Below, in pieces: positions 21,071 to 28,688 of a stretch of 64,000 nucleotides of DNA. This DNA comes from Armatimonadota bacterium (GTDB lineage Bacteria; Armatimonadota; UBA5829; DSUL01): the NCBI GenBank assembly GCA_039811685.1, contig JBDHZC010000004.1, positions 197,924 through 261,923 of the forward strand. Direction: 5' to 3'. Below the pieces are notes generated by a model. The model was not told where the DNA came from, did no database searches, and saw only the letters and a program-made list of their open reading frames with translations. The translations under genes and the position numbers were made by a program. The first letter of the stretch is position 1. Every line of letters begins with the position of its first letter.

Positions 21071-21213
21071 TTCCCTTCTGCGAAGATTTTTATCGTTTTT
21101 TTGGTTCGGCCGCGCTTCGTTCGCACTTTGGCGGCGTCCGGCCGCGCACAGAGCTATCATAGGCTGCAGAAACGGGCAGTTCTGCCCGGACTCTTTACAC
21201 ATTCAGGAAACTA

Positions 21214-22113
21214 ATGAAACTTGCTTTGATTGGAACAGGTACAATGGGAGCGGCGATGGGGCGGCGATTTCTGGAAGCCGGGCACGACCTGGCTGTCTGG
21301 AACCGCACGGCTGAGCGAGCCTTACCTCTCAAAGAGCGCGGAGCAACTGTGACGCGCACTCCTCGAGACGCCGCACAGAACGCTGCGATAGTCCTGTCTT
21401 CTCTGAAAGATGACGAAGCCATTTGCGAGGTCGCACTTGGAGAGGATGGCATTTTGCGCGGGCTTCAGGATGGGGCCGTGCACTGTGATACAAGCACTAT
21501 CTCCCCTTCTGTAGCCTTCGATCTGTCCCAGTCGTATCACAACTCCAACCGCTTCTTTGTCCACTGTCCGGTGCTTGGAAGCAGGAGGCAAATCGCTGAG
21601 GGCGCCCTGCTGATGTTCGCAGCCGGGTCGGCTGAGGCTGTTGACACGCTGGAGCCAGTCCTCAGTCTTCTCGGGAAGCGGACGTGGCGATTTGAACAAC
21701 CTTCCGCAGCGGCGTCGCTGAAGCTGGCCTGCAATATGCTCATCGTGAGCATGATCTGTGGCTTTTCTCAATCACTGGCCTTTGCGCGTAAGAGCGGTTT
21801 GGATCCGGCCCTTTTCACGGAAGTCATCCAGTCTTCCGCTCTTGCTTCGCCGATGTACGCCAGCAAGGCCCGGCAGATTATGGAGGGGGACTGGTCGGCA
21901 AACTTCATTGTCAACAACATTATCAAGGATATCGACCTTGCTCTGGCAGCAGGAGACACTGAGAACGTCCCGCAGCCAATGCTGGCGATGATGCGCCAGT
22001 TCTTCGCCGCCGCCAGCGCCTCCGGGTATGCCGAGGAGGACTACTCCGCAGTCAGCAAGGTCTTCGCCCGGCTGGCCGGAGTCGACCCTGAGGCGTCAGC
22101 GGGAGGTGAATAA
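21214..22113 (+). CDS. NAD(P)-dependent oxidoreductase (3-hydroxyisobutyrate / 6-phosphogluconate dehydrogenase-like)
   Basis: N-terminal Rossmann motif MKLALIGTGTMGAAMGRR and a β-HAD-family pattern. Confidence 0.8.
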   Translation: MKLALIGTGTMGAAMGRRFLEAGHDLAVWNRTAERALPLKERGATVTRTPRDAAQNAAIVLSSLKDDEAICEVALGEDGILRGLQDGAVHCDTSTISPSVAFDLSQSYHNSNRFFVHCPVLGSRRQIAEGALLMFAAGSAEAVDTLEPVLSLLGKRTWRFEQPSAAASLKLACNMLIVSMICGFSQSLAFARKSGLDPALFTEVIQSSALASPMYASKARQIMEGDWSANFIVNNIIKDIDLALAAGDTENVPQPMLAMMRQFFAAASASGYAEEDYSAVSKVFARLAGVDPEASAGGE

Positions 22114-22116
22114 ACA

Positions 22117-22584
22117 GTGCCTTCAGAAGTTTTGGAGACTGTGGAGAACCGAAGCCGCAGTGGGTGCGGGTGCCGGAACGGGCTGCTTAGATGCCTGGTC
22201 GCCCTGTTCATCATGGCGGCAGTAGGCTTTGGCGCCTTCTACTGGGTTGTGGCACAGATTTCCAGGGATCTCGATCGCTACAGTGTCCGCATGACGGCCC
22301 CCTCGCCGGACGGACGCTTTGTCGCAAGTGTTGTGACGCATGGCTTCGGCGCGTCTGTCTCTCATAAAGAGGTAGGCGTCTATCTGCGCCCGCAGGAGCA
22401 GGAACCCGTCTATCAGGACCGCGCGGACTATGTTTTGTATGGAAAGCGCGACGATCTGACTGTGCGCTGGGCCTCCTCCGAGACGCTGGTAATTACGTTG
22501 CCTCCTGCTGGCCCCAGGTCCGAGTTTACCGTGTATCGAACTGTCTGGAGGAAGATCAAAATCAAGTACGTCTCCCGGCAGTAA
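22117..22584 (+). CDS. Hypothetical membrane protein
   Basis: Coupled to the upstream gene (4-nt gap), with one TM helix. No motifs recognised. Confidence 0.45.
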   Translation: MPSEVLETVENRSRSGCGCRNGLLRCLVALFIMAAVGFGAFYWVVAQISRDLDRYSVRMTAPSPDGRFVASVVTHGFGASVSHKEVGVYLRPQEQEPVYQDRADYVLYGKRDDLTVRWASSETLVITLPPAGPRSEFTVYRTVWRKIKIKYVSRQ

Positions 22585-22641
22585 ACATCCGGGAACCACT
22601 TTCAGATATGCGGAGTTATTCCTGCGGAGGAGCAATCCGAG

Positions 22642-24879
22642 ATGGCCGTCCAAGAGCACAGCGTCCATACCGCCCCTGAGGGCGAAGTTTGCGATCTGAG
22701 TATCGGTGGAATGCACTGCGCGTCGTGTGTGGCTAACGTCGAGCGCGCTTTGAAAAAAGTCCCCGGCGTCGAGTCTGCTTCTGTCAATTTTGCGACGCAG
22801 GAAGCCCGCGTTCACACCTCTTCGCATGTCAGCCCTGACGTCCTCGCGCAGGCGGTGCACAAGGCTGGCTATGAGGCGGAAGTCATCGTGCCGGAAAGCG
22901 CTGGGCACGACCATTCCCATATGCGCGATGAGTACCCGGACACCGTCCGCAGCTTCAGAACCGCCGCCGTTCTGACCGTTCCAGTTTTCATCCTTGGGAT
23001 GTTCTTTATGAACTGGTATCCGGGGCACTGGATATCGCTTGTACTGACTACGCCCGTCGTTTTCTGGTCCGGGCGCGGGTTCTATACGGGTGCGTGGGCG
23101 GCGCTGCGCCACAAGTCTTCGGACATGAACACGCTGATTGCGATGGGCACGTTCGCGGCGTACGCCTACAGTCTGGTTGCGCTGGTGGCGCCCGGTCTGC
23201 TGCACTCGATGGGTGGTCATCCCCATGTGTACTTTGAGACAGCCGCCGTCATCACGACTCTGATTCTCTTTGGCCGGATGCTGGAAGCCCGGGCGCGCGG
23301 GGAGGCCTCCACCGCTATCCGCAGTCTGATGGAACTCCAGGCAAGAACCGCGCGGGTTGTTCGCGGTGGGCAGGAAGTGGATATTCCTGTGGAGCAGGTC
23401 GTCACGGGTGACCTGGTCATTGTCCGCCCGGGGGAGAAGGTGCCGGTTGACGGTGTTATCACAGAAGGCGCTTCTTCGCTTGATGAGTCTCTCATGACCG
23501 GAGAGTCCGTGCCTGTTGAGCGCGGAGTAGGCGATGAGGTCATTGGAGGCACGCTAAACGCCGCGGGCTCTTTCACGTGCAAAGTCACGCGCGTTGGGCG
23601 GGAGACCGCCCTGCAGCAGATTGTGGAGCTGGTGCGCCAGGCTCAGAGTGAGAAAGCGCCCATCCAACGCCTGGCGGACCTTATCAGCGCCTGGTTTGTC
23701 CCCACCGTCATCGCTATTGCCGTTGTTACTTTTCTCGTCTGGTACAACGTGCGTCCGGTAGACACTCGCTTGACGGATGCATTGGTCTCCTTCGTCGCTG
23801 TTCTCATTATCGCCTGTCCCTGCGCTCTTGGGCTTGCCACTCCGGCGGCCATTATGGTCAGCAGCGGCGTTGGCGCGAAGCTTGGCATTCTCATCAAAGG
23901 CGGAGAAATCCTCGAGCGGGCAGGGCGCATCCAGACCGTAATACTGGACAAAACTGGCACTATAACGTCCGGAACACCGCAGGTGACAGATGTCATTGGA
24001 TTTGGAATAGAGCGCCTGGACGCGCTGCGGCTGGCCGCTGCTGTTGAGCGCCGCTCCGAACATCCCATCGGCGAGGCCATCGTACGCGCGGCTGAGTCAG
24101 AGGGCGCCGTACTTCCGGACCCTTCCGATTTTCAGTCTCTAGCGGGCTTTGGTGTTTCTGCAGCAGTAGAAGGCCAATCTGTTCAGGTCGGTAGTGTGCG
24201 GATGAACGCCACGCAAGGGGACCTGCCGGACAGCGTTCAGACGCAGGCCAGAACCCTGGCTGCTGATGGCAAGACTCCTGTGGTCCTCTGGGTGGAAGGC
24301 CGGCCCCTGGCTCTGATCGCCGTTGCGGACACCGTCAAACCGGGCTCTGCTGACGCTGTGTGCCACCTGAAAGCCCTTGGGGCAAAGGTAGTAATGCTCA
24401 CAGGTGATGACCGCCGCACAGCGCAGGCTGTGGCGGACCAGGTTGGCATCCAGCACGTTCTTGCGGAAGTTCCGCCGGATGGCAAGGCTACTCAGGTGAA
24501 AGCCGAACAGGCCACTGGCGCAGTGGTCGCGATGGTGGGGGACGGAGTGAACGATGCTCCTGCGCTGGCGCAGGCGGACGTAGGTATCGCTATTGGCGCC
24601 GGAGCGGACGTAGCGCTGGAAGCCTCCGACATCACTCTGATGCGTGGAGACCTTTCAGACGTTGTGAACGCTGTGCGCCTCTCACGAGCTACACTCTCCA
24701 CTATCAAGCAAAATCTCTTCTTCGCCTTTATCTACAACGCCATTGGGATTCCCGTAGCCGCCGGCGTTCTCTACCCGGTTACCGGCTGGCTCCTCAATCC
24801 GATGATCGCCTCCCTTGCCATGGCCATGAGCTCCGTCTCCGTCGTCACCAACAGCCTGCGCCTGCGCGGGTTCAGGTAG
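22642..24879 (+). CDS. copA: Copper-translocating P1B-type ATPase
   Basis: HMA domain GMHCASC, the CPC transduction motif ([11 protein letters not shown]), DKTGT phosphorylation site, GDGVNDAP and a TGES-like TGESVPV. Confidence 0.92.
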   Translation: MAVQEHSVHTAPEGEVCDLSIGGMHCASCVANVERALKKVPGVESASVNFATQEARVHTSSHVSPDVLAQAVHKAGYEAEVIVPESAGHDHSHMRDEYPDTVRSFRTAAVLTVPVFILGMFFMNWYPGHWISLVLTTPVVFWSGRGFYTGAWAALRHKSSDMNTLIAMGTFAAYAYSLVALVAPGLLHSMGGHPHVYFETAAVITTLILFGRMLEARARGEASTAIRSLMELQARTARVVRGGQEVDIPVEQVVTGDLVIVRPGEKVPVDGVITEGASSLDESLMTGESVPVERGVGDEVIGGTLNAAGSFTCKVTRVGRETALQQIVELVRQAQSEKAPIQRLADLISAWFVPTVIAIAVVTFLVWYNVRPVDTRLTDALVSFVAVLIIACPCALGLATPAAIMVSSGVGAKLGILIKGGEILERAGRIQTVILDKTGTITSGTPQVTDVIGFGIERLDALRLAAAVERRSEHPIGEAIVRAAESEGAVLPDPSDFQSLAGFGVSAAVEGQSVQVGSVRMNATQGDLPDSVQTQARTLAADGKTPVVLWVEGRPLALIAVADTVKPGSADAVCHLKALGAKVVMLTGDDRRTAQAVADQVGIQHVLAEVPPDGKATQVKAEQATGAVVAMVGDGVNDAPALAQADVGIAIGAGADVALEASDITLMRGDLSDVVNAVRLSRATLSTIKQNLFFAFIYNAIGIPVAAGVLYPVTGWLLNPMIASLAMAMSSVSVVTNSLRLRGFR

Positions 24880-24893
24880 GCAACCCTCACACG

Positions 24894-24965
24894 TCGTACA
24901 CCTTCAGCACCTCGTCGCCGTAGTGGTTGATGACTTTGACGGCGATTTTGCCGGACCGCGATGCT
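24894..24965. repeat. Direct repeat copy 1 (72 bp): a duplicated 3' end of mod, downstream of the helicase gene
   Basis: 69/72 identical to 28617-28688. On the minus strand it would encode …VKVINHYGDEVLKVYDV*, which is the mod C-terminus, but here it is orphaned and noncoding. Confidence 0.85.
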
Positions 24966-24985
24966 GGCGAAATCCTTGGCGTTCC

Positions 24986-26179
24986 TTACAGGATATCTAT
25001 GTCGTCAGTTGTCAATGACTGGCCAGTGGGTTTGACTTCCTCTCCTTTCTGCCTGACGCTGACACTGCGCCCGATCTCCGGTTCTAGCCATTCAAGCTGC
25101 GGCAGCGGAGTTCCACTTGTACTCATATACACCCAGTCCTGTGCGCGTGTAGTGCCAACAAAAAGGAGATCCTCTGGCGGTGTGGGCACGTTCTCAAAGC
25201 GGTGCCACGAGAGGTAAGGCATGAAAACACTGTTGAATGTGAGTCCTTTTGCCGAGTAGTAGGTCATCACTTTTGGAGCGTCTGATGTGTGGTCCGCCTC
25301 TTTATTAAACTCAGCTGGGATTCCCGCTTCCTGCAGACCCTTGGTGTTTCCGATCGCTAGACGGTTTGTGGGTACAAGAATTGCAACTCGCTCTCCCATG
25401 TTCACCCGCTCTCGAACAAGTCGGATCAGATTCTCCGACTCGTCGTGGTAGTCTGCTGCTTTGTACAGGACCACCGTTTCGCTCTGCTTGGTTGGGGTGT
25501 ATTTCTGTGCCAGGAACTTCCCTCGCTCAGCCTCGTCGAGTAGGAAACACGCTGCCGCATTATGAACGTGGGGGCAGCACCGGAAGGCATTGATAAGGGC
25601 TATATTCTCCTGCTTTAGCCCCAGGGCTTCCAGCACCTGCCGCTCGTCAGTACCCTCTTCGTAGAGTCGCTGCTTCTGATCCATCGCTACCATAAGATGT
25701 CGACTGATCAAGGTGAGCGTGCTCAAGGATTCGGCATCAATATCCTGTGCTTCGTCCACGAGAACAAACTCATACAGTGGGCGAGGTAATCGCCGGGCTA
25801 GTAGATGGCTTCTCACTGCAGCTCTCATCTCCGTGAACGCAGGACATCTATCATTTCTGTTCCATGGAAGCTGCCGGCCAATGTGGTCTCTGTAGTAATC
25901 GCAACACCAGCTGTCCCAGGTGCAAACACTATCTTCCGGGAGATCAATCAAAGTGGAGTCGGCCTGAATGTACTCTTTCAGCGCATTTGTATAGACAAAC
26001 AACTTGAAACTGTCGGGAGGAAGACCGTACTTTGTTCGCAAATAGTCCGCGCGATGCACAAGAACCATGGACTTGCCAGAACCAGGAGGCCCGGTGATAG
26101 CTCGGCTTCCGTCCATAGGTTGCTCCACGGCCCGCTGCTGTTCGGGTGTCAGGCGTGCAAAAGGCACGAGCCAAGCCAT
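24986..26179 (-). CDS. Compact SF1 UvrD-like helicase with Cys-rich inserts
   Basis: Walker A GPPGSGKS, motif II FVLVDEAQD, a UvrD_C-like YYSAKGLTFNSVFM and motif VI VGTTRAQDWV. Cys clusters CTWDSWCCDYY and FRCCPHVHNAAACF are present. Its ATG lies 3 nt after the stop of the Hsp70-like gene. Confidence 0.8.
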   Translation of the reverse strand: MAWLVPFARLTPEQQRAVEQPMDGSRAITGPPGSGKSMVLVHRADYLRTKYGLPPDSFKLFVYTNALKEYIQADSTLIDLPEDSVCTWDSWCCDYYRDHIGRQLPWNRNDRCPAFTEMRAAVRSHLLARRLPRPLYEFVLVDEAQDIDAESLSTLTLISRHLMVAMDQKQRLYEEGTDERQVLEALGLKQENIALINAFRCCPHVHNAAACFLLDEAERGKFLAQKYTPTKQSETVVLYKAADYHDESENLIRLVRERVNMGERVAILVPTNRLAIGNTKGLQEAGIPAEFNKEADHTSDAPKVMTYYSAKGLTFNSVFMPYLSWHRFENVPTPPEDLLFVGTTRAQDWVYMSTSGTPLPQLEWLEPEIGRSVSVRQKGEEVKPTGQSLTTDDIDIL

Positions 26180-26182
26180 TTG

Positions 26183-28576
26183 CTACTCCTTCCCGCTGGG
26201 ACCGATTGGGAGCACCCCTCCTCCGTCTTCTCCATTGCCACCCATCTTTCGGCGACGGCTTTCTTCGTCACAAGCCGAAAGGAGTTTGTTGTCTCCTACC
26301 ATACGCGCTGCAAGGCGCAGCCAGCCCACCTCCCAATCCTCCAGAGCTTCAACAGGTCCGAACGTCTCAAGAGCTTGCGACAGCGCTGCATCTCGCCCGT
26401 CCTTGTCGCCTTGCCCGCTTAGGATTTTAGCGTAGAGAACGAGGTAGCCTGCTTCCCGTTCGCGTTCCAAAGCTTGCTCAACCAACAAACGCGCTTTTTG
26501 AAGTTCACCGCGATGCTCGAGAGAATCGGCGAGGTTAAATAGGGGCCCACCCCAGTTTGTGCCAGCTTGGGCCGCGGCCGTGTAGAAAGTCTCCTCCCGT
26601 TTATGATCGCCTAACCGCCCTGCGTAGATTCCGGCCAAGTTCAGCAGGCCCGGTTGCGGAGTACCGGCGATTGTATTTGCTGTCTTTAGATGACTGAGAG
26701 CCCGCTCGAATTGCCTTACCTCTGCACAGAGTACCGCGAGCTCCCGGAACGCGGCCACGCGGGCCCATCCCGCGTAATCTCCTGTTCTAATCTTTTCCTC
26801 GATCTCAATAATCTTACCGCGAGTCTCGTTTGGGTCGACCACGTGGGTCAGAGGCCGTTCAACTGTGAGGCCGAATGGACTCCCCGGCGCTCCAGCGCGA
26901 AATGCCCGTATTGCCAGCATCTGGTTGTCGTCCATATGATACTGAACTACTAGGGATTCCCCCTTGGTCACCGGTCCCGAGATCCTCCAAATCGCAGATT
27001 GCAGCCGACGCTGGGCACGTCCGTCGTCAGCCGTCAGATCGATCCGAAGATCCAATGATTCAGCTGTCTCCGGTATGCTAAGGGTGTCTATCTGGCCCCA
27101 GCCGTCCGCAGGATATGGCACAGCTTCGCCCTTGGGAATCAGGGTGAGAATCCCATCTCTTGTGCGGAGGCCGATGCTATCGCTCAGAACTGGCTGAATA
27201 AGACCCGCGCCAAAAAGGCGCAGTGCCAATGAGTGCAAGGCTGCCCCCTCGGCGACGGCAGTCTGTATCTGTCCGTGGTCGTCAAAAGTCCGCACTTGTG
27301 CTTGAGGCCCCAGGTGTTGTTCCAGCGCCTCCACAACCTGTGGAATCAGGCTGCTGCCGCCGACGAGTAGCACTGTATCCACGTCGGTTGGTCGCAAATT
27401 AGAGCGGGCTAGCGCATCATCCAGCGGCGCAAAGATGGAGCATGTGACGCCGTAATCACCCTCAATAGGCACTGTGATGTCTTCGTCGAGAAACGGAGCG
27501 AGGATTGCCTCGAACTGTTCTAGCGTGAGAGAGGGGCTGGGTAGCAGAAGCTGCCTGCCATTTAACACACACTGATGGCTTGATGGAAGTACTGCAGTGT
27601 GGCGATCGGTATCTGTCGGATCGAAACGCTTGAAATCCTTGAGCCTTCGTACGCTGTTGCACAGCGATATCTTCAGTGACTCAGCCACGCCGAGAAGGGC
27701 TGGCTCCAGGAAGTACTTTCGCTCCTTGAACTCTATTTCGCTGGACGATATCCCATTTGCTTCGAGCAATGCAGGAATCAGGACTTCATGTACAATGGAG
27801 TTATCAATGTCACCACCACCAAGCCGGTGGTAACGAGACACCGCTAGCGGAGCCACGCTTATCGGACGCTCCGGTGACTGGCGCGTGAGCTGAAGTACCG
27901 CTATGTCGCAGGTGCCGCCGCCGAAGTCGAACACCACAAGGCGCGACGAGCCGCAGCGCTGCAGGGGATCCTCGTCTGGTAGGCCGTTGAGAAAAGTCAG
28001 AAACGCTCCAATCGGCTCATCAAGCAGATCCCCCGGCATTATCTGTATGCCTGCTTCGCGTGCCGCCTCCACAGTGTCCGAGCGCTGGGGCACCTGGAAC
28101 GAGGCAGGTACCGTAACGACGGCCCTCTGAATGGCCGTGTCGTCGCGCAGCGTTTCCACCAGACACCCTAAAACTTTCGCTGCGATGTCGCGTGCGCATC
28201 GAAAGCCTTCCGGCGCCTGGTTGTAAGTGCGCGTAATGCCCATTTCATTCTTGCATTCGTAGAACAGGTCCCGGTAAGGTAAGAGGTTATACTCGGTGCT
28301 CTCAGCTCTTAGCCGCTTGGCGCCTTCCCCGACAAGTACCCGGTTTGGCAGAACAGCCACCACCGAAGGGAACAGCGGACTCGTAGTATTGCCGGCATTT
28401 AGTGTCTCTTGGGGAATATCGAGGCAACGCACCTGGACGCTCTCTGGCTGGTTTGGATCCCAGCTTGCCTCGGCGACAGTTGAATTCGTTGTACCGAGAT
28501 CAATGCCAATTCCCGTTACGGCTTCATCGGGTACGTCGTTCTGTCGTGCTGCCATAAGTTCACTGAAGTAGCTCAT
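26183..28576 (-). CDS. Hsp70-like ATPase (nucleotide-binding domain plus β-sandwich) with a C-terminal TPR array replacing the helical lid
   Basis: Hsp70/actin-fold motifs [20 protein letters not shown] and VLLVGGSSLIPQV. A β-rich segment is collinear with DnaK SBDβ. The ~250 C-terminal aa are TPR-like repeats. An AAAGGA SD precedes the ATG. This protein is distinct from the housekeeping dnaK at 19078..20913. Confidence 0.8.
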   Translation of the reverse strand: MSYFSELMAARQNDVPDEAVTGIGIDLGTTNSTVAEASWDPNQPESVQVRCLDIPQETLNAGNTTSPLFPSVVAVLPNRVLVGEGAKRLRAESTEYNLLPYRDLFYECKNEMGITRTYNQAPEGFRCARDIAAKVLGCLVETLRDDTAIQRAVVTVPASFQVPQRSDTVEAAREAGIQIMPGDLLDEPIGAFLTFLNGLPDEDPLQRCGSSRLVVFDFGGGTCDIAVLQLTRQSPERPISVAPLAVSRYHRLGGGDIDNSIVHEVLIPALLEANGISSSEIEFKERKYFLEPALLGVAESLKISLCNSVRRLKDFKRFDPTDTDRHTAVLPSSHQCVLNGRQLLLPSPSLTLEQFEAILAPFLDEDITVPIEGDYGVTCSIFAPLDDALARSNLRPTDVDTVLLVGGSSLIPQVVEALEQHLGPQAQVRTFDDHGQIQTAVAEGAALHSLALRLFGAGLIQPVLSDSIGLRTRDGILTLIPKGEAVPYPADGWGQIDTLSIPETAESLDLRIDLTADDGRAQRRLQSAIWRISGPVTKGESLVVQYHMDDNQMLAIRAFRAGAPGSPFGLTVERPLTHVVDPNETRGKIIEIEEKIRTGDYAGWARVAAFRELAVLCAEVRQFERALSHLKTANTIAGTPQPGLLNLAGIYAGRLGDHKREETFYTAAAQAGTNWGGPLFNLADSLEHRGELQKARLLVEQALEREREAGYLVLYAKILSGQGDKDGRDAALSQALETFGPVEALEDWEVGWLRLAARMVGDNKLLSACDEESRRRKMGGNGEDGGGVLPIGPSGKE

Positions 28577-28616
28577 GCGATTCCTTTCTTGCCAAGTTTG
28601 TGATGAGTTCCTTCCA

Positions 28617-28688
28617 CCCTCACACGTCGTACACCTTCAGCACCTCATCACCATAGTGGTTGATGACTTTGACGGCGATTTTGCCGGA
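28617..28688. repeat. Direct repeat copy 2 (72 bp): the native 3' end of the mod gene
   Basis: Identical to 24894-24965 except for 3 transitions; it encodes the last ~22 codons and stop of mod. Confidence 0.85.

Noticed and set aside
19385-21162. Plus-strand ORFs 19385..19669, 19712..20215 and 20314..21162, and 18757..19800
   Set aside because: They are antisense to dnaK and hsp20. The translations are Ser/Arg/Thr-rich, which is typical of a GC-rich antisense frame. dnaK on the minus strand is unambiguous.
20914-21210. Canonical HAIR (CTTGAGT-N7-ACTCAAG) or CIRCE elements upstream of dnaK, hsp20 and the J-protein gene
   Set aside because: I searched by eye in all three intergenic regions and found only partial half-sites. 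I report the non-canonical inverted repeat instead.
22123-24080. Minus-strand ORFs 22123..23226, 23217..23588, 23554..24063 and 23643..24080
   Set aside because: Antisense to copA; low-complexity translations.
24927-25217. Plus-strand ORF 24927..25217 (96 aa)
   Set aside because: It overlaps the orphan 72-bp mod-tail repeat and is antisense to the helicase 3' end. It is an artefact of the repeat, not a gene.
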